The position numbers and the translations under genes are program-made. Under the pieces are notes generated by a model, which was not told the DNA's origin, made no database searches, and saw nothing but the letters and a program-made list of their open reading frames with translations. Shown in pieces: positions 1 to 12,198 of a stretch of DNA of 62,590 nucleotides; within the stretch, counting starts at the first letter, position 1; every line of letters begins with the position of its first letter. Location: contig JALDZS010000060.1 of assembly GCA_022813965.1 (NCBI GenBank), forward strand, positions 62,001-124,590, written 5' to 3'. This stretch comes from Toensbergia leucococca (taxonomy: Eukaryota).

Positions 1-291
1 AAGGCGTTGGTCGAACTGAGAAGTGAGGTGTTGCGGAGAGTGTGGTTTGCGCCGTGGCAGAAGGAGTTGGCGAAAGAAGTCATCGCGATCCTTGACTCAC
101 ATATCTGGAGAGCACGTACTTGTGATTACACGTCGGTCTTCGAAGCGGAATCTCGAGTTGAGCTGGAGATTCATGACATCATGATGCGGAGACTGGTTCC
201 TCTATATGAAGGGCAGACCTGTGATGAGAATTACGGTTGTCTTGGAGGGGGTGTGCATCATGCAGGAGATAGATCTGGCGTGGACGAGTAA
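1..291 (+). CDS. Possible 3' end of a gene truncated by the window edge (unknown product)
   Basis: Frame is open from base 1 (KALVELRSEVLRRVWFAPWQKELAKEVIAILDSHIW...) to TAA at 289-291 with protein-like composition; no family recognised. Confidence 0.35.
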   Translation, partial: KALVELRSEVLRRVWFAPWQKELAKEVIAILDSHIWRARTCDYTSVFEAESRVELEIHDIMMRRLVPLYEGQTCDENYGCLGGGVHHAGDRSGVDE

Positions 292-1143
292 GGTGAGAGG
301 GAAGATGGGATCATCGGTTGGGAGGATACGTTGTAAAAAATGTTTGGACGGTTGGGTTTGCTTTTCTTCGGCCAATGTTACATGTATTACTCTGTACTCA
401 GAAACCCACTGAAAGCTGTACTGAAAGATCAACGGGAGCGACATGATTAAATTGGTACGGTACTTGTAAGAATACAAAAGTGGACGGGTATTATGGCTTA
501 TGGCTTAAGGTAAATAAGGTATTTCAATTGCAGAGAAATTTGACTGACGTCGACACTGTCTCAAAAGGCCAAGAGTCACGCTCGCCCTTTCAGATTGAGG
601 CGGCCCACTACTTGTTCCTTCACTGTAGAACGATAGCAAGAGAGACACGATGAGGTAGACAGGTCAGGGGTTAGATGGAGATGTAAAAAGCTGATCCATG
701 ATTGGGTATGCAGGCAGATCTTGATCGTCAGGCTGAGCCTCGGACATCACCCCACTCCGACAAGGTCGGCAGCCCTTCGAACAGATTCTCACTGTCTACT
801 TTGATCAAACAACTTGTCGCTCAATCAGAATCTTCCGTCACACGAAGCTCCGTCTTGGGCTCAGTACTAGATGCCTTGCTTCGATACATTGTATCAAGGA
901 ATCTCAGGCTGGATAAAAGACAAGCGGTACGCTTTCTGATATATCAGTGAAGGCTTTAATCAGCACCATTGATATCCTTGGAATGAGTCTACACCTACAC
1001 TGAGAGTAAGGTGGTGAATGGGCCATCAAAGGCAATCTTGTCGCGGCTGGGAGCCTCCTTCAGGCTCTACCTCCCCACGCCACGACTCAAATTCACCTTC
1101 TTCTGCAGCACGGTGTGCTGTGTAAAACCTCAACAGTCTCAAT

Positions 1144-4100
1144 ATGATGGATTCCGAGCAAAACTCAGGATCTCGTTCTAGCCATGGTAAATTTCCAAGA
1201 AAGCGCGATAGGTTGATGGATGTATTTTGGCGCAAGAGAGACACTAGTACAACACGAGACAGACCCCAAGTAGAACAGAGTGACGACAACCCTCAAGTAT
1301 ATCTGTCAGAGCCACAATGGATTCAAACTGCTGACTCTCTATGAGAATGCCTTCCGACCTTCACCGACTCCAAAGCCGGAGACTTTTACAAAGGATACGC
1401 TTGACGGCCAAGGTTCAACCCTCCTAGACCGAGGACTACGTTCGCCGCCAGTCCAACAAGATCACAGCAATGATGTGGCAGCCACTGGAGATGCTAAATT
1501 GTCGAGGGATCTGTGGGAACGCGCATATGAAGCCCTAAAATTTCGAGATCCAGACTTAGTTGCAGCTTATGAGCGGCATTTGGCACCCACCGTTGCAAAT
1601 CCTTCCCTAAGCCCTGAGCTCATCGAGAGCACTATCCAATCGAAGTTGCAGGATCGCAAAGCCGACCAATGGGTCATCCGTCTTGGTAAACAGCCAATCA
1701 AAGTGCGGGAACAGGGTGAAAAGATCATTAGATTCATCCTTTGGTTTGATGATATCATCTCTCAAGCTGTGAGCGCCCAGCCATATGCGGCGTTGGCGTG
1801 GTCAGGAGTATCAATCCTTCTTCCGGTAAGCTGGGCCCTGATATAGAGCGGTATTAGGAGCTACTGAATCAAAGTACAGCTATTGCTGAACTCCTCTCAA
1901 CAGAGCCTCGCTATGATTGACGGCCTTAATTCTATTTCTGACCTCTTGCGTTTGTATAGATTCAGGGAAAGGTTTTATGTACAGGCTGCAGATGAATCTG
2001 TTGATCCAGAATTTGAGCAGGCTGTCGTGGAGCTCTATTCCTATATCTTCGAGTATCAAGCCCGACTGATCTGTCATCTATCCCAGGATCCGCTCAAGCG
2101 AGGCGTTCGGGGCACGTTAAAGTCAGATGATTGGCCCGGCATGCTAAAAATTGTCCAGGCCTCCAACGACATATGTGCGCAGTATTGTGCTATCTTAGAC
2201 AGGAAAAGAGAAAAGAAACATTACGACAAGGAGTCGTTGCAGATGCTTCAATCTGTTGTTATCCAGAAACGCATTTTAGACACGTTTGAAGCATCTCAAG
2301 CCTCGAGACTGCAAGATCGCCGAGAGGACAAAGAGGCTAAGTTGCTTGAAACTCTGGCATCGGATTATAGAAGTGACAAGGACTCGATCTTAAAAAGAGT
2401 TCCTGGTACCTGCGAGTGGTTCTTTGAGGATGATAGATTCCTGGAGTGGCGGAACAGTAAGGATTCAAGACTTCTCTGGGTCACTGCGGGTCCTGGATGC
2501 GGAAAGTCTGTCTTATCGCGATGCTTGATCGATGAGAGGAGAGTCTGTACTAGTGTCATGACATCGACGGTCTGCTATTTTTTCTTCAAGGATGGCGAAG
2601 AGCAGCGTACCCATAGTACTGATGCACTCAGTGCCATACTCCATCAACTCTTTGAGAATACCGAGCTTATTACCCATGCGCTTCCAAGCTATAAGAATTA
2701 CGGGAAGAAGTTACGAGATGCGTTCAGCGAGCTATGGGAGATTCTAGTCAAATGTGCCAGAGATTCAGAAGCAGGCGAGATCGTTTGTGTTCTTGATGCA
2801 TTGGATGAGTGCGAACCAAAAGCGAGAGATCAATTAGTAAAAAGATTGGTTAGCTTCTTCTCACAAGTTCAGTCCCACAACGATCCTTCATTTGCAGTCA
2901 AATTCCTCGTTACTAGCCGTCCTTACGATGATCTGGAGCAAAAATTCCAACCACTTTCAGGTGTCAGCACATTTCTGCGCTTTGACGGCGACGATAAATC
3001 GCGGAGAATTGGCCAGGAGATTAATCTAGTGATTGATGCCAAACTGCCATCTATTGCTGGAGACTTTAGCGATGAAGATCGTAAGCGCATCTCGGAACGT
3101 TTGAAGAGTATGGACAACCGCACTTACCTTTGGCTTGATCTCACCGTCAATATCATTGAAGAGTCTCCGAGCGAGTTCGGCAAGGCGTCAAGCATAGATT
3201 CATTGTTATCAAACCTGCCGCCGAAGATCACTGACGCATACGAAGTCATCTTGACGAGAAGCCCAGATAAGATCCGAGCTCGGATTCTGCTTCAGCTCAT
3301 TGTGGCTGCAAGAAGACCGCTCAGCCTCAAAGAGGCTAACATTGCATTGTCGTTAGCAACACAAGGAGGAAAATGCACGTCACACGAAGCACTTGATTTA
3401 TGGCCCCTGCAAAGGTTCAAATTTACAATCCAAAATATATGCGGCCTCTTCGTTAGCGTTCATGATGAAAAAGTTTCCTTGATCCATCAGACTGCAAGGG
3501 AATTCCTTGTTAGAAGCACCGAACGCCCCGATTCACCATCGGATAAGTGGCAAGGATGCTTGGATATGGCAACAGCCCATGGCATAATATCTCAAGTCTG
3601 CCTTGACTACCTCAACTTTGATGACTTTGATGACTTTGATGACTTTGATGACTTTGCACCTCAGTGGCGCCGAAATCGATACGAATATGTCGAGAAAAGA
3701 TTTGAATCTTACCATCTCCTCGAATACGCAGCTCTCAATTGGGCTATTCATTATACTTCTCAAGATAGCGGGCGGGCCCAAAGTTCACGAAATGCTGCCC
3801 AGAAACTATGCAATGAAGCATCATCACAAAAAAGTGGCTGGTTTCCAACCTATTGTCAACACAACTGGTTGACACCTTCAGGATGGACTGGATTAGCGAT
3901 AGCGTCTCTACTTGGACTGATGTCTGTCGTTGAAGACCTTTGTAACGAAGGAGCCAACGTCAATGCTCAAGGCGGAGGCTTTGGTAATGCTCTGCAAACG
4001 GCGTCATATAAAGGGCACATTCAAGTGGTGCAGATATTACTTGACAAGGGAGCTGATGTTAACGCTCAAGGTGGAGCTTATGGCAACGCTCTGCAGGCGG

Positions 4101-4288
4101 CGTCATCAAAAGGGCACATTCAAGTGGTGCAGACACTGCTCAAAAAAGGCGCTGATGTCAACGCTCAAGGAGGATGGTATCGCAACGCTCTACGGGCTGC
4201 ATTGTCAGAAGGTCATGATCAGATAGCGCAGGTACTGCGTGACCATGGAGCCATTGATACGGCTCAAGATGAACATCACGATGATTGA
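1144..4288 (+). CDS. Fungal NLR-like STAND protein: NWD/NACHT_N-type N-terminal domain + NACHT NTPase + C-terminal ankyrin repeats
   Basis: Exons 1144-1296, 1346-1825, 1880-4288. Intron 2 (GTAAGC...TACAG) is frame-consistent; intron 1 (GTATAT...CTGAC...GAG) is less certain. LWERAYEALK motif typical of NACHT_N; Walker A GPGCGKS; Walker B VCVLDALDEC; KFLVTSRP; TYLWL; LIHQTAREFL; 3-4 ankyrin repeats (GADVNAQGG..GNALQAAS..GH). Confidence 0.92.
3615..3656 (+). repeat. In-frame 9-bp minisatellite (TTTGATGAC)x4+ encoding FDDFDDFDDFDDF
   Basis: Perfect tandem copies read directly, between NACHT and ankyrin regions. Confidence 0.95.
3950..4246 (+). repeat. Three 99-bp ankyrin-repeat coding units
   Basis: Units 3950-4048, 4049-4147, 4148-4246; units 1 and 2 share the identical block AAAGGGCACATTCAAGTGGTGCAGA. 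Confidence 0.9.
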
Positions 4289-6294
4289 CGCGCTTCAGGC
4301 GATGTCAAAAGGAGCCCAACATATATCTACAAAAGAAATGAAATCTCACATATCATCAGAAATAGAGAAAATCATCGCAATTCCTCACCGCATTGGCACC
4401 TCGACTTCGGACTCCATTTACCTATGTACCCTACCATGTGCCTACCTACCTACCTGCTCAATCAAAAACAACCACCAGTAGTCACATCTCCTCAACGAGC
4501 CCCTCCTGAACACAAAAGGATTTCATATCATCAGCCATTGAATCAGCGAATTCAATCAGTCTTTCTCAGCAATTTCCTTTAGTAAGGAACCAGGTCGCTA
4601 TTGCGACAAGAAACCGAACTGAAAACCCTATCAGGAACTCGTCAGCCAGAATCATCAGATTTCACGGGTTTTTCATACCTTACGGTCAGAATCATGCCTC
4701 AGGGAGACCGTACCTTCTCTCCAAATTTAGGCTTAGTACCTTTACCAAATGGTCATATCAAGATCCTTCTGCTATATCATGACTCAGGCCGGGTTCTGTC
4801 AAGACCTACGCTCCCCTCAATTAGATGCTACAACCTGTTATCACTGTGAATTAGATGTATTTGGATGGATAATACCTTTAAATCCTCTGATAAGTTATCT
4901 TAAATACTCACTAAAGTGCTCAATGGCTTTGAGAGTGTTGATGTTATCTAGTAATCGCGATACCATGGAAAGATGAGGGGAAGATGAGGAGTCTGCCGAG
5001 GGGAAATGCCTTCATGTGTTTCCATTTGGCTTGTGTTTTCATTGGGAGTTGGGTATATAGATGAGGTGGTATCCCATCAAAAGTCTTTATCGAATAGAGA
5101 GTCTTTCAACTTACTAGTTAATCCAAAACTCATCCATCCAAATGATCACCGATTCCTCAATGAACTTCTATTCATATAAATATCGATCCTAAACCTCAAT
5201 AGAGAGCACATAAGGAAGAAATGTATCGCTAATAGCTATGGCGAGAGGAAGAGCAAAAAGAGAAGACAGCTACCTTAGAGACATCAGCCCCCGTCATACC
5301 AGCCTTTTCTTCTACAACTCCGTCAGTCATTTCATCTTAAGGCACCAGCATCACTTCCCTTCATCTCACCAATTTCTTCTGTCACACCGATGGCTTCTTC
5401 CTTTCCCATCATCATAGTGAAATTCCCTTCCCTTCCCTCATGCCACAATGAAATCACCCACATTTTGTGAATCATCAAGGGGCATGGCATCATTGTGCCA
5501 CTCACGGAGTCTACCATGCCCCCCCATACCTGTCGCGAATGCAACGGCACCAACGGCTCTTTTGCCATTCCAAAACAACGCCGAATACGTCGTCACCTGA
5601 AGGTTGTATCGTCAACCGTCAAACGCCGCTGAGTTGAAGAATTGTGGAGGACGTGTTCGACACGGGCATGATGAGCTAGGCCTTGATGGATGGGGCTCAT
5701 GGCTGGTAGAGGGCTAGGATAGTCATGCCATGGAGGATGCTGAGGTCCTTGCCTAGGGCACGCCCGATGGCTTTTTTCGCTTTTGGTGGGCAAGTTGTTG
5801 TCACGGTTCTATCTTAGGTTCGAGGTCCTTGCCCCCGGGACCGGATCAAGTTAGAGCATGGGGAGTTGAGGGCAATCAATGTATGCAGACTACATACATA
5901 CATAGGTCTACCTAAATATATCTATATACAAAACCCACCCAGCGCCCTCCCCACATTGAAGAAAATCCCTGTCACACCTCACAAAAAGGGAGAGCAAGAA
6001 ATGAAATGAAAAGAAAGACAGAGAGAGGTGAGGAATGAAAGAGTTCTCTCCCCCCCCTCATCCATGCATTCGATACAACAAATACCCCTCCCCGCACAAA
6101 TACCCAAAAAGGGATCAAGACATGGATAACAAATACACTGATATACAAATATGCCTCCCCCCTCCCAAGATAAGGATACATGATATTTTGAAATCACCAG
6201 CAGGGACAGACATGCATGTGTGCGCCTTAGATCCAAAGAGAAAAGTCCACAGAATGAAAGATATCGACAAGAAAAGAACTGGGGGGAGAAAAAT

Positions 6295-9200
6295 CTAAAA
6301 CATTACAGCCGAAGCAGGCACAGGTTGCTGCGAAAACACCGGCACAGCCGGGCTCGGAGCCATAGCAGCCAGCTGCCTAGCCCTAGCATTCATACTTCCG
6401 CCCTCGCTTGCAATTTTCCTCAGCTTCTGGCGCGGTTGTCGCGGTCTCGGATCGCCTTCGTCAGCAGAAAAGGTGCTCCTGACCTCGTACGGATCCACAA
6501 CAGGCGTGGCTGGGGAGGGTATAGGTGGGGGTTCAACCCTGTCATTGCGGCCGAGAGCATTGGCAAGATTCTGGGTGATAACCGTGCGGCGGCGGCGAGG
6601 GTTGATGGCTGGTACTGGAGGTGCGGCGGTGGGGGGATCGATACCGTTGCTGAGAGAAGCGCCAGGGGGGAGGTCGACAGTTGTGACGGAGGAGGTGCAG
6701 GACATGAAGGTGGGTTCTGAGATGTCGTATTTGCTGATTGATTTTTTGCGGTTGGGGGGTGTGCGATTTGGTGGGCTGTGGGATTGTTGAGGCGTGATCA
6801 TTGTTGGGAGAGTGGAGTTGGAAATGGAGGGAAAGGGCTCGTGGCCTGAAGAGAGGAATTGGGGCGAGTAGGGGATTACCGGTGAGGCGCGTGGAGAGAA
6901 GCTGCTTGCGCTTGCGGTATTTGGTTGAAGGGGAAGAGGGCCACGCTGATCGAAATATCCGGGCATGGCACTTCTCTCGTTGCTTCGGAGTCGGTTAGAC
7001 ATTGCTGACTGGGATCGCTCGCCGGGTATTTGACGTGTCGAAAAGCCTTCTGCTGATGGCCTGGAATTAGGAGAAAATTTCCTAGGCTGTGAAAGGTCCA
7101 GTCGATAGCCGTTGGTGCGATCTCTTACGGAGTCGGCTTCATTTCTCAGCATAGCTCGCCTCTGCCTATCATCGCGATCCCGAGAGACATCAGAGTTGGA
7201 CCTGTCGCGTACCGCTGATGGTGGTGATGGATTCTGAGAGGCTTTTCCTCTGTTCCGACTCTCGCTAGGCTCGCGTTGTCTTTGCGGATGTGAGTCAAAA
7301 GGGCGCGGGCGAAATTCCTGTTGTGAAGATTTCGACTGCAGCGGCCTTCTGGGACCTTGGTCTGGATGGCTCATTGACTGCTCCAATTCTTCTCTATACG
7401 ATGCCCCCTGGGATGGTCGTGAAGAGCCATTCATTATACTGGAGCCTGGTCCGAGTCCTAGCATCTTCATCGCTTTTGCAGGGTTTTCTTGTTTCCCGAC
7501 CAGTGAGCCTCTAGGGGGCTTGGACTTGAGTTTTCCGAAAGGATTTACTGGTTTCACCGAGGTGTTCTCATGATTACGGATTCCAGGCATTGGACTATTA
7601 GATCTGCTTTCCGTCTCCACAAAGTTCTTGAGATTGTCCTGTATCCTTTTGCTTCTTTCTGCGAGCTCATTTGCAAGGTCTTCTCGCTCTTTTTGGGTCT
7701 CGGTACTCCCTCCCCTGGCATGATGAGCCTTCATCTGATCCTGCCATGATGCCGGATTCGAAGAGTCCTGACTGACGCGAGGTGCTTCACCACCAAGAAT
7801 TTGATGTACCTTGTCGCGGCCAAGAGCCTGCGATACTTTCGAATAAGACTCTTGGTTCCTTAGTGCAGTTGCTTGATCTCGAATCTGTCGAGCCCTGACT
7901 GATAGGGAAACGGGCATTTCTGCATAGATATCGACAATGTCGGCCTTTGTCTCGGCATAGCTTTCGCGATCCCAGTCTTCACTGACCCAAGAATTATCTT
8001 GAAACATGCTGTCAGACTGCATGGATGCTGGGTCACCCACGTTGGTCTCGGGGGACACCTCGGGAAACTTTGCGTTTCTAGGAGAAGGTGATGGATAAAT
8101 AGAAGATTGGCCACTATCACTGCGGAGATGGGCTCGGACGAGTCCACTCAGCCCGCTGGTCGGGCCAAGTGTTGGTGAGTCAGGTCCGAGATTAGTACCC
8201 AGGAGTTTGCCTCGCAAATTGGCATGTCGCTGCTCGATCAAGTCCTCATTGCTTGGAGACTCGGATGCTGGATCTTCTGACAAGTCTAGGAATTGGCGAT
8301 TATTCTCAATGTCTCGGTAGAGTGGATGCGTCATTTCTAATGTCTCTTGGGATATCGAGGTCTCACTGGTAGTGTTCAGGAATATACGGGGTCGAGGAAC
8401 CACCTGCGGCACGTCTGGATTCAGATCACGATCCATCTCACTCTCAGGTTTATAACTTCTTTCACTGCCACTAGAACCGGCCAGGAAAGTACCGTTCGTA
8501 GTAGGCTCAATCTGAGCTTCGAGGCTGGACTTACGGACACCTGGACTTTCAGGAAGAGCAGTCAGTGGATGCTCTACAGCATGATAATCTCGGCGATTGT
8601 CCATGTTTCTAGACACTGATGAATTGCTAGCATCGGAATCGTTACGCATACGTCCATTTGCTTGATTATCGTCGATGATGTTCGTCGAAGGCGACGGACG
8701 TTTCAAAGGGGGTGTGTCTCGGCCTTGCTGTAATTGGAACTGCCTTTGCGCATACTGTTCCTCGTCATATTGCATGTTAGGTTTGTTGAAAGCTCCCGAA
8801 GCGGTGGCTTTGCCCAAGTCATTTGGCTCAAGAGCAGATACAAATGGTGATGCTTCATATTCTGGACTCATAGGACGACTGATTGATGCATGCGGTCTAA
8901 AGCAAGAGTCCATCTGACGACCACTCTCTGTTGGCGGATCGTTACCGAGTCCAAGGTCGAATCCAGCTAATGCGGAAGGCATTGCTGATGGCGGCGGACT
9001 AGCAGCGCGGAAGTTGTTTGATGCATACAAGGGACCAGATCGTTGAAATCGACCATTCAAATTGGAAGCACTTCTTGACTGAGATAGTACTTTCTGACCG
9101 GGAATTCCACCCGTCGCACGCTGTCGATGTAAGGACTCGAGTCTATTCAGGGCAGATGATTGCTGTTCAATGATGTGCTGATCCAGGCCTTGTCCATAGA

Positions 9201-10164
9201 GCCTTTTCGACTTCGTGAATGATCGGTCCAAACCGCCTGAATTGAGTGATCCTTGTTTCGATGGCTGTAATACTTGTGACGGGCCAACCGTGGTTCCGGG
9301 TAAAGATGAAACGCTATGAGAAGCTACCGAGGTCGCCTCTGTTGATGTGCGAGGATGAGTGGGTGTAGAGGTTGTAGACGACGCAGTCTCTCTATTCGAA
9401 TTGTAGTTTGTCATTGATGGCGAGCTTGGTCGGACGTTTTCTTTCGATGATCGATCACTGTGATTTTCACTCTTTGCCAATTCATCCTCTTCTCTCTCCC
9501 TCTCTCGTAACTTTTGGAAGGCAGACATGGCAATGTCATCTTCATAGATGGCCTTACCACCCATAGTTTTACTAGGATTAGACTCCACTTCATCACTTCC
9601 ACTGACGTTCCTCGAAGACCCTGTACTATTGGTGGGGATTTTGTAAATCTTCTGGCGACCACCAAAGAGAGTATTGCCTTCACCGGGCCTTGACCTTGCC
9701 ATCATACCTCCGTTCTGAGACAAGTCATCGTCGGTAGCATAGCCGTCGGCGGACCCAAGGGAGTTCATCCGGTTATATATGAACGGCGGACGTATTGAGC
9801 CTCGAATTGAATCAACCTCTGCAATGTCCGTGAGACCAGTATGATTGAACAGGTTCAGCCTTGACGCACGTTTTGGAAACAAGACACTATCATCATTTGC
9901 TTTCCCGAGCTTCGAGTGTGGGTCGTCCTGCTCCCTTAGCATGCTGAATCTTGCAGAGAGGTTTGGCATCAAAAGACTTGTCCTGAAATCTTCAAATGAC
10001 GGCAAGACTGTAGCCATGTCGACTTGAGGTTTTGGCTGTGGTTGTATTTTCTTTTTGCGTTTGAAAGAGAAGGATGGCATTGCAGGTGCCTCGAAGTCTG
10101 TGGAGGGTCTACGACCTGCCTCAGTGGAATCATGGGTTTTCTTGGTTGTGCGAAATCGGTTCAT
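6295..10164 (-). CDS. Conserved fungal hypothetical protein, 1289 aa, intronless, largely disordered (Ser/Pro/Arg-rich)
   Basis: Uninterrupted 3.87-kb ORF; N-terminal block DFRTSLLMPNLSARFSMLREQDDP..KLGKANDDSVLFPKRASRL and NTLFGGRQKIYKIP recalled from Pezizomycotina hypothetical proteins. Confidence 0.88.
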   Translation of the reverse strand: MNRFRTTKKTHDSTEAGRRPSTDFEAPAMPSFSFKRKKKIQPQPKPQVDMATVLPSFEDFRTSLLMPNLSARFSMLREQDDPHSKLGKANDDSVLFPKRASRLNLFNHTGLTDIAEVDSIRGSIRPPFIYNRMNSLGSADGYATDDDLSQNGGMMARSRPGEGNTLFGGRQKIYKIPTNSTGSSRNVSGSDEVESNPSKTMGGKAIYEDDIAMSAFQKLREREREEDELAKSENHSDRSSKENVRPSSPSMTNYNSNRETASSTTSTPTHPRTSTEATSVASHSVSSLPGTTVGPSQVLQPSKQGSLNSGGLDRSFTKSKRLYGQGLDQHIIEQQSSALNRLESLHRQRATGGIPGQKVLSQSRSASNLNGRFQRSGPLYASNNFRAASPPPSAMPSALAGFDLGLGNDPPTESGRQMDSCFRPHASISRPMSPEYEASPFVSALEPNDLGKATASGAFNKPNMQYDEEQYAQRQFQLQQGRDTPPLKRPSPSTNIIDDNQANGRMRNDSDASNSSVSRNMDNRRDYHAVEHPLTALPESPGVRKSSLEAQIEPTTNGTFLAGSSGSERSYKPESEMDRDLNPDVPQVVPRPRIFLNTTSETSISQETLEMTHPLYRDIENNRQFLDLSEDPASESPSNEDLIEQRHANLRGKLLGTNLGPDSPTLGPTSGLSGLVRAHLRSDSGQSSIYPSPSPRNAKFPEVSPETNVGDPASMQSDSMFQDNSWVSEDWDRESYAETKADIVDIYAEMPVSLSVRARQIRDQATALRNQESYSKVSQALGRDKVHQILGGEAPRVSQDSSNPASWQDQMKAHHARGGSTETQKEREDLANELAERSKRIQDNLKNFVETESRSNSPMPGIRNHENTSVKPVNPFGKLKSKPPRGSLVGKQENPAKAMKMLGLGPGSSIMNGSSRPSQGASYREELEQSMSHPDQGPRRPLQSKSSQQEFRPRPFDSHPQRQREPSESRNRGKASQNPSPPSAVRDRSNSDVSRDRDDRQRRAMLRNEADSVRDRTNGYRLDLSQPRKFSPNSRPSAEGFSTRQIPGERSQSAMSNRLRSNERSAMPGYFDQRGPLPLQPNTASASSFSPRASPVIPYSPQFLSSGHEPFPSISNSTLPTMITPQQSHSPPNRTPPNRKKSISKYDISEPTFMSCTSSVTTVDLPPGASLSNGIDPPTAAPPVPAINPRRRRTVITQNLANALGRNDRVEPPPIPSPATPVVDPYEVRSTFSADEGDPRPRQPRQKLRKIASEGGSMNARARQLAAMAPSPAVPVFSQQPVPASAVMF

Positions 10165-12198
10165 TGTGAATCGAGGGTTGCCAGGCTAGGCTTGACTGTT
10201 GAGCTTCCAATCATCAATGAATACTCCCTAGAATGCATGGGGCTTTGCGAAGGAGAAGTCTCAATACACACCAATAATCTATGAGAGGCCTTTTCGAAGA
10301 ATTTTTGATCTTTGTTCAATAAAGGCAGGCAAAGAGACTGAGATTGGGCAGAAAATGTTTGAATGCTTCAGATGTCTATATCTCACAAAATCCGATGTTG
10401 ATATACAGCGCGTCAAGTCTGAGAATGTAGTCAACAGGTGACAGGGAAAACGACTCAATGGTCTCTGTGGGAAAGTGGTGTATAGTAAATTGAGGGGTTA
10501 TGCAGCCTGCTGCGTTGTTGTCGCAGAAGGTAGTATGCTGATGCTGTCGTTGTCAGAGAACGAAGGACGTGTACGCGTTCTTGGTGAGGGGAGCAAGAGG
10601 CAGTAAGTAAACAGTAACGATTGTAGAGTGCCACGCGACCAGGCGGACAAGAGACGTGATTGCCGAAGGTTCGCGTTGTCAGTACTGTCGCGCCGAAGGA
10701 AATGAATGAGAGATTGCGGCAGCTTTAGAGGAGAAGGGTTCTTTTTGTTTAATCAGCAGCATACAGATGCATATCATCCCTAAACGGTGTGCAAATTGAA
10801 TGCGGAAAAGGGTTTAGGGGGACAGTGGTGTGGTGCCGTGAGCTAAATTAGCGTGTTCCACTTCCAAATGATGCAGAACCCTCGGTTACGTGTCACATTA
10901 GACTCTGGCCCGCACGTGGATGAGGTGTGGAGTTGAAGCCTAAGCTAATAGTAATGAAGGTTGAGAATGAGATAAGGATAAGGAAAAGGAAGAATTGAAG
11001 TGCGATGGATTAAAAGGACGATAATGTATATGAAGAGCGCTGTCAATAAAGTAGATCGGCTGCAGGTACCATTAGAATATCTCACCATTTTAATATCTTA
11101 TCCGGGGCGCGAGGGGTGTGATTGAGTTGCTTCAGACGGCATATTACAGGTCGGTGCTGGGCGCTACCAGCCACGTCTTGATATCACTAGATGTGAAAGG
11201 GGCAAGTTCGTCTGAGCAAAGTGTGGCCCATTGACCTTCTAACAGGCCCATGACACTTAGCGCACAGCAGTCAAATTGCCCCGATCATGTTTTCGGATGT
11301 TTCGCATGAATCCTTCCACCAATGATCATTTCGTACATGTTGCCACCCACACCACTGGGTCTTCTAGCGGGATCATTGCATCCATGCCTCCCTGCCTCCC
11401 TGCCATCTGTGCAGGTAGGTAGTGGAGTAGGAAGGGATGTAGGTAGCCATCCGAGTCTTGACACCAAGTCTCATCACACACTAAATGCACTTCCCGCACT
11501 CACTCCACATCTTTCCATCCAGCCAGGCCGCATGAGACTTGATACCCACAAACAGACATCCAACAGCGAATAGGGTAGCTAAAGATATGATCATCTGCAA
11601 GGTTGAAGCTGGACGGAACGTACCTTCGGATCCTTCCCGTCGTCGACCGCCACGGAAAGGTAAAAAGAAAGCAGGAAAAAAGATGATCCATTGTTATCTC
11701 AACCATACGAGACTTTTCTATTGGTGCTGAGTTGCCCTTGCTCGACTGCTTCCTTTATTTTGTTTGGGCTGACATGACCCAAGATCAGTCAGAGACCTGT
11801 GCCTCTGTTGTAACCATGTAGCACAGACAGATCCTGAAAGAGGCACTCTCTTGTTGGAATGATAGACGGCTTGCTGTGAGACGACTCATGAGTATTTCGT
11901 CATCCTCGTGTTTCTGCCTTTACTGCGAGTTTGTGTTAGTAAAGACCCAGACCCGAGACAACTAGTCAGCTTCGTACTTGTAATACATTTGACCTCCCGT
12001 TAGAAATTACACTCAAACTTGGCTAAGTGCGCAGGCCTGGCTACATGCATCCAAAGACGAATGTTGGGAGCTGGGAGGCTCAAAGATTGGAGCAAGTTAT
12101 AATTCGTCGCTTCAGTTGGCGCTTTACCATAGCTTTGCCAGGCATTGGGATATGGGTCGACGAAATAAATCTGTACCCTAACACTCATCCTGACCTGG

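Noticed and set aside
1144..1500. Amyloid signalling motif at the NLR N-terminus with an adjacent HeLo/HELL/gasdermin effector
   Set aside because: No G/N/Q-rich pseudo-repeat motif is visible and no effector gene was recognised nearby; the truncated ORF at 1-291 cannot be assigned.
5742..5833. 12-bp direct repeat GAGGTCCTTGCC, 80 bp apart
   Set aside because: Only two short copies; no array, LTR or ncRNA structure evident.
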